This document shows positions 36,843-51,050 of a stretch of 64,000 nt of DNA, in pieces. This stretch comes from the human T2T-CHM13v2.0 reference genome, Homo sapiens, in NCBI RefSeq assembly GCF_009914755.1, contig NC_060925.1. One strand, 5' to 3'. The position numbers and the translations under genes were made by a program. Positions within the stretch are counted from its first letter, which is position 1, and each line of letters begins with the position of its first letter. The notes beneath the pieces are model-generated. The model made no database searches and was not told the origin of the DNA. It saw only the letters and a program-made list of their open reading frames with translations.

Positions 36843-39024
36843 CATAGTGACTGTTGGCCAAAGTCAAACCAGAATAATCAGTGTGTAGGGTCATGGTTAG
36901 CTTATGGATCAAATACTCCGTGGCCTTTAGGTCCCTATTAAACTAAATATGTTACCGAAGTTCCTTCCCAAACCATATATTCTTTTGTATGTGCCCATTT
37001 CCAACTCCAGAAGCATGATGCCAGTTTTCACTGCTACTTTATGGTCTCTGTTTTGAACTCCAGTAATCTTAACTTACAAATTGAAGCTTTCTGTTTTATT
37101 ACATGGACTGAGAGGTCAAGATAAGTACAGCTTATTGAAGGGCGTAAAGAGACTCTTGTTTCTCTGAAGAACAATGGAGTTGAGCAGCACTCTTTGTTCT
37201 TAATGAATTATCTTTTATATTTATCTGGAAAGTGGGTGATTTTTATACTTATTATTAAAAGTTTTATACAGAGTTATTTATACTGCCTCTATTTATCCCA
37301 TTGAGAAGTGAGTTCATATTGTACCAGTAACTCAAAGATAATTCATCACTCTGAAAACTTACTTTTACCCACTGAGCAATTACAGGCTAGGACTCCAATG
37401 GATCTTAATAAGCTTGGTACATAATTGCTCAATATATGGTATGTGATAAGCTTAATTTTATTAGCACTCCTCATAAATCAGCATAATGTGATTTTCAGAG
37501 GGAAGCCAAATGGCTTGGAGCGCTGGCATACTGAACCTTGTTGTTTGTGGTCAACAGCTCTATGGTGATGTGGGGTCTTACGAGGCTTCCTGACAGATGA
37601 GAGGTATCTCAAGGGACTCTACTTCAACAGGGAGGTAATCACAGCTTCCTCATTCCCAGCATAATTTAAAACACCTTTGTTTTCAATCATTTTATTCACT
37701 ATTCTTTTTCTTCTCACACACTCTTGGGATCCTGCACCTTCCCCTCATGGCTGTATCTCTCTTTTTCTCCCACCCACGACAGTCTCCAGGCCCATGGGAC
37801 TGAGGAAGTAGTTGTCTGGTGGTGGCGCTGAGTTTTTCACTTAGGAGCTGCCCTAGTGCTGCCATGTCCCACTGAGACCTTTTTCGTGACTTGACCTCCT
37901 TAAACCATTATTTCACTTCAGCTCATCCATGTAGGTTGGAAGAAAATTGGGCCATTTATAAAATGCATAATGGAATTCTTCCTCATCTCTCCTAACACGG
38001 GCAGCAACTGTGACCTCCAAGAAAACTCTTGCCCTGAGCTCCGAAATCCTCCAGCATGAAAAGGAGAAAAGATAAACTGAGGCTGAACTCCAAGAGCTGA
38101 AGGAACTCTACTCTGGGCCTTCCAGGTAAGACCCCTTCCCTGGAGGAGGGAAGTTCCTTGCTAGGGATCACCAAGGACAAAGGACTTGCGCTACACCTGC
38201 TGATTCCTTCTATTTTCCTCTGATTTTAAAACAAAGTAAAACACGCGCGGGTGCCTACTATACTTAAAGAATAAGTTGGTCTTCCAGGTTAGCACTGCTT
38301 CTAGGGCCAGGAGGACCCCTAGGGCTCTGCTTGCAGTCCCCACGGGGGCCACAAGAGTGCGCCATGGTGCTTTCCCTTGGAACTCTGTAATGAAGCAAGA
38401 TGCCTGCCGGTTTCAGTTCCTGGGAGATTGTGGCAAATATTAGCCCTGCGTATCCAGAGGTTCCTGACTTTTGGTCACACCATTCCAGGGAGCGGCCTAA
38501 GGCCTGCACTGCCCAGGCCTCGGGAGTTGGCTGTGGAGGCTCAGAGCCTCGGGTGAAGCAATCTTATTTGATTTCCTCGAAAACAGATCCTAACCGGAGA
38601 AAGACGCATTCATGCTTCTTCTGTTGGTGGAAAATATTCCCTCGTATTTCTCTCAGACTGAGCAAACCTTCCAGTAGTCCGGGGCCTCCTGCTGTGTGCT
38701 TTGGGGCAATTCAATTGGGAGAGTGGAGGAGAAGCAGTAACAAGATAGGAGGAGAATGGCAAGACTGGGGAGGTGGAGACAGATGAGAAAAGGGCCAAAG
38801 AGACACATGCGGAAGAGTGGTGGGGCACGGGGGGCGGTGGGCGAGCTGACTGTCAAGGTGGTTCTCTTGTCATCCGCAGAAGGGCAGACCCTTTCTCTGG
38901 AATGCCCCCGACCCTACTCTGTGCCCACACATCCTACCGTGGTCAAGCATCCCCTAGCTGCCTTTCTTTCTACAAAACAGCTTCTTATCCCTTTTCCTTT
39001 CCGCTGATTATGGGGACTCTTTCA

Positions 39025-39210
39025 TTTTCTTTCTTTCTTTTTTTTTTTTTTCAGAGTCAGGGTCTCACTCTGTCTCCCAGGCTGGAATGCAATGATGTGA
39101 TCATAGCTCACTGCAGCCTCGAACTTCGGGGCTCAAGCAATCTTTCCACCTTAGCCTCCTAAGTAGCTAGGATTATAGGTGTGTGCCGCTATGCAGAGCC
39201 CAATTTTTTC
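39025..39210 (-). mobile_element. Alu monomer/partial AluJ
   Basis: Poly-T plus GGTCTCACTCTGTCTCCCAGGCTGG... Confidence 0.75.
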
Positions 39211-40449
39211 TTAACCTCAAAAAGGCTTAGATTAGTGAAACACAGGGCCTGGAATTCCATTCCTTGTGTGTAACCCAGAGGCATTGGTGCTCCCATGCCC
39301 CCGGACACCATTACATGAATGACCACAGCCACACTGTGCCTAACAGCCACAAACTGGAAACAGCCCAGATGCCCATCATCAAGCATGTGCATAAACAGAT
39401 TATGGTATATTTCACTAGCAACGAAAGTGGGTGAATCAGTGATGACTGTTAAATCCACAACATTTAGTTAAAAAAAAAACCCAGGCATAAGAGAATACAC
39501 GTGTATGATCACAGGTTAAAACCTAGACCCATCAGGAGGGCGGGCATGAGAAGCAGAAAATTATAAAGAACCAAACATCGTGAAAATCAGGTAATGGTCA
39601 TTGCTAAGGATATGAGGGGTGCTGTGGTGAGGAAGGGGCATGTGGGAAGCTAGTATTTAGTCCTAGCTAGTGCTTGCATGTTAACATATGCAAGAATTTA
39701 TACCTATGTTTTATTCAACTTCTGTATATTGCATTACACAATTAAAGAAAAAATATTATTTCTTGTCAGTACATATCCTAATAACTAATATTAGCAGAGC
39801 TTTTACCAGGAACCATACTGTGCTAAGTGTGCATTTGGGTTATTTCAGTCGGCACAGCATACTGAGCTGTGGGTACTATTATGTCCATATGACACACAGG
39901 GAAAGGATAGGAGGTAACCCTGGTCCCAGCCAGGCCAGCGATGTCACCAGGACTCTAGGAGGCCCTCTGTGCAGAGATGGTGCTGGCAACCACAAGCCAT
40001 ACCTAATGTCCCAGAGCAACAGCAGTGCTTCAGAGGAGCCTGGAGCCCTTTGTATTCTAAAGCCTGGGACTGTGGTGCCAAGTGCTTTCCGGGGGGAAAG
40101 GATTGTCCTGACTCCTGGGACCTCTCAAAGCAGAGAGTGTGGAAACTGGCACAGCACAGCACAGCCCAGTTACCTGCAGGTATTTTGTGAGCCCAGAGGA
40201 TAGAGTTCCTTAAGGACAGGGTTGTCAGAGTGTTCCAGGTGTCTTAGAGGCATTTAGACAGGATGTCTAAAGGCAGAAGCAAGGGTTGGTAATCTCCAAC
40301 AGAGTCCAGAAAATTTGGAGAGAATGGACAACAGAGATGAGACAGAGCCTGCAAGACATAGCATGAGATTCCCACATGCACTTCTTATGTTCTCCCGAAA
40401 GATCATTCCTGATGGAAACATGTGGAAGCATGCTTGCATGCATGCCTAT

Positions 40450-40451
<2 letters not shown>

Positions 40452-40483
<32 letters not shown>
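40452..40483. repeat. (CA)16 microsatellite
   Basis: Read directly from the sequence. Confidence 0.95.
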
Positions 40484-40487
<4 letters not shown>

Positions 40488-41998
40488 CAACAACAAAATA
40501 AAAAATAGAAGCTGGCAGCAATGGTGCAGTGACCGCACTGCAGCCTTTTACTTGAACTTGATGGCACAGGGAAATGTCCTGACAGAAAGGGCAGGTGGTT
40601 TATAAGCCCCAGTGAGATGATGTACTAGAGATATGCCTGGATACCTGGATGTTCCTTTAGGAAATGAAAATAGTCCTGAGGGTTGGATAAAGATGAAGCA
40701 CTTTATTAAACTGTATTTGGCCTCAGGCCATCTTATCACAGAATTTCTGCTCTGGTAGATATCTACACGAGAAAGAAAGAGGTTTTAAAGACCCCAAAAC
40801 TAATTAGAGCAGTGTAGATAAATGTTTTGTCTACATAGATTGTTATTTGATTTTTAAAAAAAGGTTCATTTCCTTCAGAATTAAAGTTGACCCTAAGCTC
40901 AGCTCACAAATTCTTCTCTGTGGCTGCTTTTGGTTTTGGGTTCACGCCTGGGGCAGATGTGATTTATTTTCTTGTGCTTGTTATTAATCCAGAAATGTAA
41001 TTTCAGTGTGGGCTTGGAATAGTGCTCTGGGACATGAAGCAGAAGTGAACAATGGAGGTTAGGTGGATATGAGTCAAAGAAAACTGACCACACTTTCTCT
41101 CAGCTCTCTTTTACAGCATGATGAGCCTCAAGAGCTGGGGGAGGTTTCCATTGCTGTCAGTGCTCCCAGTTCAGTAAAAATGTTTGGCATGAGTTGACAA
41201 GTACATTTGCCAGAGGTGGTGCATGAGCTCCTTGTGTCTGGGAATGGAGATTTTCATCATGGTGCTTTTATTTTGAGCTAGATGTTCCTGTTTCAGTCCA
41301 GCCTCTAGCTGGTGAAGAGTTATTCTCTAGAATGAGGCTTTTCTCACAACCATCTTTCTATTTTTTTTTAAGACTGTAGGGATGGAGCTTTTTGATTGAG
41401 AGAGGAAAATACTTAAATCTGGGACTGGACAGGTATTCTCACTTATATTCTGCATGGAGGAATGGGAAAATGTGTCTCATATTTCAATTTATCTGCTGTC
41501 AACTTGATTGTGAGGACTCTACAGTAAGCCTGTTCTCTGAATTCTACCTCCTCACCCCAAATTCAGTTTCCTATCAGTTGGGCAGACTGCCACAGTGCTA
41601 ACTGGAAGCACCCTTGCCCCAGATGTCCCAGAGTTGATTAGTGGCGCTGTTGGTGGAAACAGGGACAAGTGGATAGTCTAGCCCCACATGCAGGAGGTGA
41701 GACTGCAGGATCTTTCCTGCCCTGCAGTCCATGACTCAGGGTGTAGCCTTGGCTATGTTACAGGCACGATCCAGTTTAACTTCATGGCTCTCTAAGCCTC
41801 CATGGAATGATTGTAAGTAGGTTCAATAACATATTTATTGAACAACTACTACATGAAGTATATTATGCTAGATGCTGTAAGAGACACAAAGAAAAAATTA
41901 ATTCCTATTTTAAGAGTAGTAAAATTCACTAGGGAGAAATAAGAAAGTCCACATATAGTCACACTAAGAAGTAGAAAGTATGTGTGAATGTGAATTTC

Positions 41999-43411
41999 TT
42001 TTTTTTTTATTTTTATTATATTTAAGTTCTGGGATACATGTGCAGAATGTACAGGTTTGTTACATAGGTATACACGTCCCATGGTGGTTTGCTGCACCTA
42101 TCAACCCGTCATCTACATTAGATATTTCTCCTAATGCCTTCCCTCCCCTAGCTCTCCACCCCTTAACAGGCCCCAGTGTGTGATGTTCCCCTCCCTGTGT
42201 CCATGTGTTCTCATTATTCAACTCCCACCTATGAGTGAGAACATGTGGTATTTGGTTTTCTGTTCCTGTGTTAGTTTGCTGACAATGATGGTTTCCAGCT
42301 TCATCCACATCCTGGCAAAGGACATGAACTCATCCTTTTTTATGGCTGCCTAGTATTCCATGGTGTATACGTGCCACATTTTCTTTATCCAGTCTAAAGC
42401 TGGAGGCATCATGCTACCTGACTTCAAACTATACTATAAGGCTACAGTAACCAAAACAGCATGGTACTGGTACCAAAACAGATGTATAGACCAATGGAAC
42501 AGAACAGAGGCCTCAGAAATAATGCCACACATCTACGACCATCTGATCTTTGATAAACCTGACAAAAACAAGCAATGGAGAAAGGATTCCCTATGTAATA
42601 AATGGTGTTGAGAAAACTGGCTAGCCATATGCAGAAAACTGAAACTGGACCCCTTCCTTACACCTTATACAAAAATTAACTCAACATGGATTAAAGACTT
42701 AAAAGTAAGCCCTAAAATTATAAAAACTCTAGAAGAAAACTTAGGCAATACCATTCAGGACATAGGCATGGGGAAAGACTTCATGACCAAAACACCAAAA
42801 GCAATGGCAACAAAAGCCAAAATAGACAAATGGGATCTAATTAAACTAAAGAGCTTCTGCACGGCAAAAGAAACTGTCATCAGAGTGAACAGGCAACCTA
42901 CAGAATGGGAGAAAATTTTTGCAATCTGTCCATCTGACAAAGGGCTAATATCCAGAATCTAAAAAGAACTTAAACAAATTTACAAGAAAAACACAACCCC
43001 ATCAAAAAGTGGGAGGAGGATATGAAGAGATATTTCTCAGAAGAAGGCATTTATGCGGCCAACAAACATATGAAAAGAAGCTCATCATCACTGGTCATTA
43101 GAGAAATGCAGATCAAAACCACAATGAGATACCACCGCACGCCAGTTAGAATGGCGTTCATTAAAAAGTGGGGAAACCACAGATGCTGGAGAGAACGTGA
43201 AGAAATAGGAATGCTTTTACACTGTTGGTGGGAGTGTAAATTAGTTCAACGATTGTGGAGGACAGTGTGGCAATTCCTCAAGGATCTAGAACCAGAAATA
43301 CCATTTGACTTAGCAATCCCATTGCTGGGTATATACCCAAAGGATTATAAATCATTCTACTATAAAGACACATGCACACATATGCTTATTGCAGCACTGT
43401 TAACAATAGTA
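41999..43411 (-). mobile_element. L1PA with 5' inversion (twin priming)
   Basis: Antisense 3' end at 41999-~42395 joined to a sense ORF2 C-terminal piece at ~42396-43411. TSD AATGTGAATTTC at 41987-41998 and 43412-43423. Confidence 0.92.
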
Positions 43412-45017
43412 AATGTGAATTTCAAAGAAGCAATGGTAGGAACTGGGAAGCATCTAAGTACTTGGTGGGGTAAGGAAGGTGCTTGAGAGGAGTCAACTTT
43501 TGTTTTAAGTCTGAGTAATGGGAGAATGCGGGAACTATTGACAGAGATAGAGAAATAGGATAGAGATGATGGTAAGTTGGAGATGAGTTTTCCAAGTGAA
43601 AAACATGAAGCAGTAAGACCCAGGAGTTCAGAATACAGGGAGGGATGAGAGACTCAGATTTTGAATCTTTTTTTGGTTACCACGGAATGTGTTAAGTCTG
43701 TGAGGGAAAGTGGGTGGAGTGATAAGAAGAGAGGATTTGGACCTGAAGTATGAGAAATGTCCACACTTCAGAAAACAGATGAGGAAGGGGATCCAAAGAA
43801 GGAACGTGAGAAAAAAGGGGGTTTCAGAGGTGGGAAGAGAGCTCGGCCATGATAGCATCCTTGAGTCAAAGGCTGCAGCCTTAGAAGCTTGCCCTGAACT
43901 CAATTCTACACGCCTCGGTGGCGGCTCCTGTAATATTTTACTACTCTTACTGGGTTATGTGCTTAGCTTGCCTAAGAGACTATCAGCCTCTGGAAGGCAG
44001 GAAACTGCTCTTACTTATTTTGACATTCCCAGGACTGATTTTAACAAACCATGGTTATTAGTAAGTCACAGCCAGGAGACTCAAATATGAATGATAACTG
44101 CAAAATGTTCATCAGAATTTTTGAGTCATTACAAATCTTCTGAAATACAATTTTAATACAAAGGAGATAAAGAAGTTGGATTACAGGAAGTTAAAGACAA
44201 AAGTAGGCTTGGGGAAGGAGGAAGAGGCAAAATGGGTTTAGATCACGATGTAAAATTTTGCACAACTAAAAAAGAAGAGAGAGAGAAAGAGAGAGACAAG
44301 GCAGGGCTGTAGGAGGTAGAAATTTTATTCATCTCATTGACCATACAGCCTTGGCTACACTAAGAGGTAAGGCAGCTCAAAGGGCGTTGGCTAATGAAGT
44401 GGATTATTGGGAGGGGTTTACTCTTACGGGTTTTAGTGGGGGAATACATTAGGTAAGATGTCTGCTGGGAATAGGAAAGGAAGAAGATGGGGAAGTTATA
44501 GTCAGAGAGTGGAAGTACCAAGTTTGAGATCTTGGACTAGAACAATGAGTGTCTTGTAACAGGGGTGCAGAATGTGAGTGTGCTTGTGATATGGAGTGGA
44601 TGCGGAGGTCTGTAAGGTTGACAAAAGTAAAAACTCTTGACTCAGATGACCTTACTGGTCCTCAACCCAGATGTTGAATTTCATGCGAGACAGGAGAGGA
44701 AAGAGCGAGAACATAAGCCACGTGCTTGTTATTCTAGGAAGAGGAAATTGGTCCACGAGAACAACAGACCATTGTGTGACAATTTAAATTATACTATACC
44801 ATGTGTTTTTTATTTTTAAAGAAGACATGTTTAGAAAAGTTTGAGCTTGAATTAATTTCTCTATTTGTGTGAAAAATGAAAGTATATGTATTGATTCACT
44901 TCTATGTAAAATGCAAAACTCGCATAGGCTTATTTCTCCTTTGTTTTTCCTTCACTCCCCATATTTTGTTTAAATATATGGAATTTAAACATTTATTTTG
45001 TAGTATTGCTATTATGA

Positions 45018-45346
<329 letters not shown>

Positions 45347-47851
45347 TTTTAAAATTATTTTTGATATTCAGAATGTTTTAGAAATCAATTTATAATCATT
45401 TGGATTTAGTTCAGTATGTATTTGGTTTGTCTTAACCATCATTACATTAATGTGACAACTTTTTCATTCCTAAGTTCTTTGATTACTATTTTGCCATCAA
45501 ATGACCATACCTTTGAGTAATTTTTGTTTTGCAGGAAGGGCACTTGTTGGCATATTTTCAGAGCCCTTGGATATTTAAAAAATCTCTTTTGATCTAGTTG
45601 CTTTCATACACAAATGGCATATGCTTAATGGCCCACTTTGGCTACATTCCAGGCAAGATCCAGTTTCACTTCATGGCTTTTCACACTCCCACAGAATGGT
45701 TGCAAGTAGCTTCAATAAAAAATAATTTTTGAACTACAATTTCATCTAATATACTGTTCCAGATGCTATAAAAGACATAAAGAAGAAAAGATTCCATTTC
45801 TTCCTAAGCACTGAATTCTTGGGTGAGAAATTAATCCCATGAAGCTCCTAGACAATTCCTTAACTTCTGGTGGAGAATATTATAGGGACATCCAATGTCA
45901 GACTGGGGTCTTTTCTTTCTTGGTAGGTACCCTGGCTTCCCCACATTCTCTTTCAAAAAAAGTATTCAATTTTCAACTAACATTTGTCTAAGCATATTGT
46001 CTTTTATCATTTTTTCTCCTAGTACTAGATTTGCCAACTTAGATCTACCCTCAACCTAGAAAAGAGTGCATTCACAATGTGTTTTCATGCCTTCAGGAAC
46101 ATCTACTACCTTTTCATTGAGTCTTCACTCATTCTTCCCCACAGCTCAAATGTTCTCTTTCAATATTTTAACCTGTTTGTTTTCCCCTTTGTATTTACAA
46201 GAGCTTCTTAGCTTTTCATTTCTTGCATTCTTTTTTTGCGTTGACAGTTTTGTACTTTATAGCTTCAAATCCTGATTTTTTGTTGAAATTGCATTCTTCT
46301 TTTCTTTAATATTTACTCATCTCATCTAGGTCCTCTGGCTCTTAGCTCTCCCTCTTTTCCTTAAAGTCTAATGCCCCATATTATTTTTTATTTCTTTATA
46401 AAATCTATATGCTTCTAAATGTCTTGAGAGAATAGAGCTAGCTCTTTCTAAAATGTATTAGCTCCTGGAGGTGAATAATTTTCCCAGTATGCTTTTCATC
46501 AACATCTTAAGTGCTATGCTCTCCATGTTTTATGTTGTAGAATCTTTTAATAGGGTGCCATGTTGGTTTTTTTCCATTTTACTTATTCTCAGCAGAGTAA
46601 CTGCCTGCCCATAGACAGGGGAGGTGGGTGTTCCCTGGATCCCCTCACTCTCAACCTGGCTGCAGCTAATTTTTCCTCCTGGTCCAGTAAGGGGCTCTAT
46701 TATGTAAACTGGCTCAACCACCCAGCAGCCTAAGGAAGTGGGGAGAGTCAGAGAGTGGGGCCTTCTAGCAGGAGACCGAAGTTTGGCACCACTTTCTTCT
46801 CTGTGGCGGGGGTCAGCTTTCTGAATGCCCAGTACTGGCCCAGCCTCCATGGCAATCCACCCAGTGGCTGAGCCTGGATGCTTTTCAGTGCTGCTGCCTC
46901 CGGAATCTGCCCCAGATGCACTGCAGTATTTCTCGTTGCTATAGTGGCCACAGAAGCCTGGACTCTGCAGTGCTTGAAGTTTTTGTTGACTTGGAGGGGT
47001 GAGGTGGAGTTCAGTCCATTCTCCTCGCTGCAGCAGAGTGGACTTTCTGAAACACGCATTGGATCGAGTCATTTCTTTGCTGGAAATACTTCAATGGGTC
47101 CTCCTTGTCTTTAGATCAAGCTATGCATGTAACTGCCTCTCCAGCCACACCTCTCTGCACTCCCTTAATGCATGCCTTGTAATTCAACTATGTGGATATT
47201 TTTTCATTGCCTCAAATGAGCCATGTTCTCTCCTCAATTCAAGTTTATGCACATCACTTCCATCTGCCTGAAATGTTCCCCATCCTACCCCCTTCTCTCA
47301 GACACCCTCACACACTTCCACACTCTCACACAACCTGGCGCACTCCTCCTGTGTGCCCTACAGGCTTTCCCCTAAAAGTTCCTTTCTCTAGTTCTTCTCT
47401 CTTCTCCCTCCTCTGTGCTCCAAAGGCCACAGGTATCTCTGAGAGCGCCTATCACTCTGTGTCATCCCTGCTTGTTTGTTGGAAATCTGCTATCTGTAAC
47501 TTCTGCAGGGTAGAAGCCGCGGCTGTTTATCATAATAATCCCAGTGTGTATACATCAGGGCCCGGCACATAGTGTGTTCATATTTGTTAAAAAAACAAAT
47601 GCATGAATGACTGTGAGTATCAAATTGCCAGTTCTTCCTGGACCTAACTCCTCCTTCCAAATTCAGGCTGTTAATTAAGTTCTGTCAGAGTCTCTTCTTA
47701 CTTCCCTGAAGTACTTTAGTATCTGTCTTTAGTATGGACCAGGTCACTACTACATTTGCAAAAGTGGACTAATCCTAGGTGAGGATTATATTTGACAATT
47801 GAGGCAAAGCATTCCATGCCTGGAACCCAGAAATAAACAAACAAACAAATA

Positions 47852-47933
47852 AATATATATATATATACACACACACACGTATATATATACATATATATAA
47901 TATGTATCATATTATATACATACATATATATAT
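47852..47933. repeat. (TA)n/(CA)n compound microsatellite
   Basis: Read directly from the sequence. Confidence 0.85.
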
Positions 47934-48449
47934 GTAGACTGACCTGGAATTCAGTTGTGAAGATTTGAAGATGATTTAGTTTCAAAGGAGGAACAGAGGG
48001 AGGGTGTCCTGATGGAAGTGGCATTGGATAATAAAGAGAAAACCCGCTCTTTCTCCCCTAGTTTCCTGTCAGTGGCAGTGTTTAGAAGAGGAGGACTGCA
48101 GGAGCTCTACCGCAGAGGGCTGACTGGGCTGGTGTGTTTAGGGAAAACTCAGGTTTCAGTCAAAGAAGGAAGTTGTACACCTTAATGTAGAGTTGCCCTT
48201 GAGGCGTAGTTGAAGGATTAGTGGGCAAAGGCAAGGTGAATCTGGGTGTGATACAAATGAGATGGAGTTCAGTGACACAGGAAGGGGACTGGGATGAGGG
48301 GTTTTTGTGTGGACTGGTGGTGTAGACAAGGGTGATGGACACTTTGGGTAGGAACAGAATAGAGACACTCTGTTGCTATGAGAAGGGTGAGTTGAAAAAT
48401 TATTATTATTTTGGGATTAGGATAACTTAAATAAGAGAACTTGAAGCAG

Positions 48450-51050
48450 ATAAACATTCATTTAATGAATATTTATTTAAGCTTGGCACCATGCTGTATG
48501 CTGGGGACTTAGTGATGAGGTAAACAGCAACCACCCATTTCTTCATGGCACCGACAGTCTAGTGAGAAACACAGGCATAGACAATATACTTCTCTATAAA
48601 ATTCTGAACTGTACTAAATGCCTTACAGGAAACATAGAATGTATCTGGAGAGCATATTAACAGGCAGAACTAATTGTGTTTAGTGACAGGCAAGTAAGGT
48701 CTCTTTGAGAAAGTAACATTTTCCATATAGACAATGAGTAGGAGTTGGGGAGAGTGAGGATAAGACTATCCCAGGCACAAGGAATAACGTGTGCTAGCCA
48801 CTGAGGAGGGAAAGAACGTGATCATTTTGAGAAATGAAAAAAGCCCAGAGTGGCTGGAGCTAGTGGTATTTCATGGTTAGAGCCTAAAGAGATAGGCAGA
48901 AAACACTGGTAGGTGTTAGAATTTTATCCTAAATGCAAAATAATTCATCAAAGGATTTGAACAAGTGAGTGGCGCATTCTACTTTACATGTTAAGATCAT
49001 CCTGGCGGCTCTTTAGAAAATACATTGGTCATGATGCAGGGAAACCAGGCCTTTGAGAAGTCCTGAAAAAGATGATGCTGTCTAGAATTAGTGGAGGAAT
49101 TTCTTGCATTTATTCTGTGTATGAATATCCTTTCCACAACTACATTATCCCCTTAGCCACATCTATACTCCCAGACCATCCTCTCAGTAGGCAGGCCCTG
49201 TAGACAGCAGTGTTTATACAGAATGTTTCACCCAACTTTATTCTGAGCAGGTGATGGGACACTCAAGCTTGTTCTTTGTTCTTCAGCTCCAACTTCAGCA
49301 GCGTGATAGAAAGTCTCCTGTGTATGGAGCTGAGGTTTTGTAGGACAGAAGTCCCAGGAATGATCTGCTCTGACACAGAAAGAGATGAAACTCCAGAACT
49401 CAGGGGCTTGGGTGACTGCTGGTTGGAAAGGTATATAGGAGATGGAGCTCTCTTGACTCAGCCATAGAGGAGAAGGTAGCAGACTCAGTGCAAGGGCCAG
49501 CCAAGCTCATTTTTTATCTGTTCCTCTTGTGGGGATTGTTTTGCAATGAGAGTTGACCCTTAACAGGACCAGTAATGTGATCAGACTTTTTCCCACAGAC
49601 TTCACAGTTGAGAGATGATCAGGAAGGTTGAGCACTGTGGCTCAGCAACCTTTCTTTTTTCAATTCCTTTCTCTTCTCTTCTTTCCTTTCTTTCCCTTTG
49701 TTGACCTCCTGTCTTTCTTTCTAATGACTTGTTGCTCCGAGTCAGATTAGTGTTTTGTGGGTGGGGCCCTTGCCTTGAGAGAGCCATAATGAGCTGTTTG
49801 TGTCGCCACGTGTTACAGCTCATAAATGCTGACTGTTTTGTGGTCCTTGGCTCACTTGGCTGGAGCATGGTGCTAATGAGGCCCAGGCCATGGTTTCTAT
49901 TTCAGCACAGACTTCTTAGGTTCACCCTGTTATATTTACTGCCACAGGCTGTGCCCATAATCTTAGTTGTTCACCCTGAAGCCAGAGGACAGAGCAACAA
50001 GAAAATATCGGCATCCTCCTACATAATCAAAACAGGATATTTCCTTTGCTAATGGTGGGTTGGTAATGCCATGTCATCTTCACTTGTAGCACTCTGAGCT
50101 TCTTCTCCTTTCCCTACTTCCCTCAACAGTCAGCTCAGATTGACCTTCTTTATTTCGAAAACTAACTTGATCTGCAGCAATCACACACCCCAAAAGCTTT
50201 TTCATCACTGAACTATTTTCACTTCTAATTCTTTTGCCAACTAACTGTGCAAAGTTGGACAAGTTGCTATATCTCTCAGGTCCTAGTTTCCTCATCTGTA
50301 ATATGAGCATGTTAGATTAGATGCTGTCCAAGGTTAGATTAGATTAGATTAGATGTTAGATTACATGCTGTCCAAGGTCAGTTCCACCACTGACACCAAG
50401 TGTCTAGTACAGTGGCTGGCATAGATACCGAGGTGAATGGCAGACACAGTCCCTGCCCTCCTGGAGCTTATAGCGAAATGGGAAAGAGACTGTAAAGAGT
50501 AAATAAATATAGAATCACAGCTCGTGATACATTCCACGATGGATTGAATGGAATGATGCAATGGTGGAGAATCATGGGGAGATGTGCATTTGGAGACCTA
50601 CTCTATTGATAAGACGGGTATCTCGCCATGTGAATAAGCAGGGAAAAAATGTTTCAGGTGGACGGAGCAGCTTATGCAGCAGCACTGAGGCAGGAGAGAA
50701 CTTAATGTTTAAGGAACCAAAAGGAAATCGTTGTGGCTGAAGTAAAAAGTACAAACGGGAGAGTGAAGCTAAATAAGATTGTAGAGAAAGAAGAGTCGGC
50801 ATCATGCAGGATAATGTGAGTCCAGAAAAGTAGTTTGAATTTTATTTAAAGGATTGGAAGTTTAAGCAGGAAAAAAATATTAACTGATTTATATCTTTAA
50901 AATATTTTATGGCTGTCGTATGGATAATAGATTGAAGTCGGACAGGATTAGAAGAGAGGGGAGGTTCTGAGTTCCTAGAATAATGTGGTGGCATGTGAAA
51001 TGGAAGGAGTTAGGTTTGAAACGTATTTAAGAGGCACAAGTAAACAGTCA
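48450..51050. mobile_element. Degenerate L2 and MIR fragments
   Basis: L2-like motifs (CATTCATTTAATGAATATTTATT; GAATTTTATCCTAAATGCAA) and a MIR core (CTAGTTTCCTCATCTGTAA). Not resolved into individual copies. Confidence 0.5.

Noticed and set aside
39688-40203. 171-aa + strand ORF
   Set aside because: It crosses old repeat fragments and has no domain or splice support.
42360-43486. ORF2-like peptides as an active L1
   Set aside because: Truncated, inverted and interrupted by stops.
46530-47072. 180-aa minus-strand ORF
   Set aside because: No recognisable homology; probably old repeat-derived sequence.
48290-48325. Possible NOTCH2 exon 5 remnant (GGGGTTTTTGTGTGGA)
   Set aside because: The match is too short, and the flanking Cys codons are absent.
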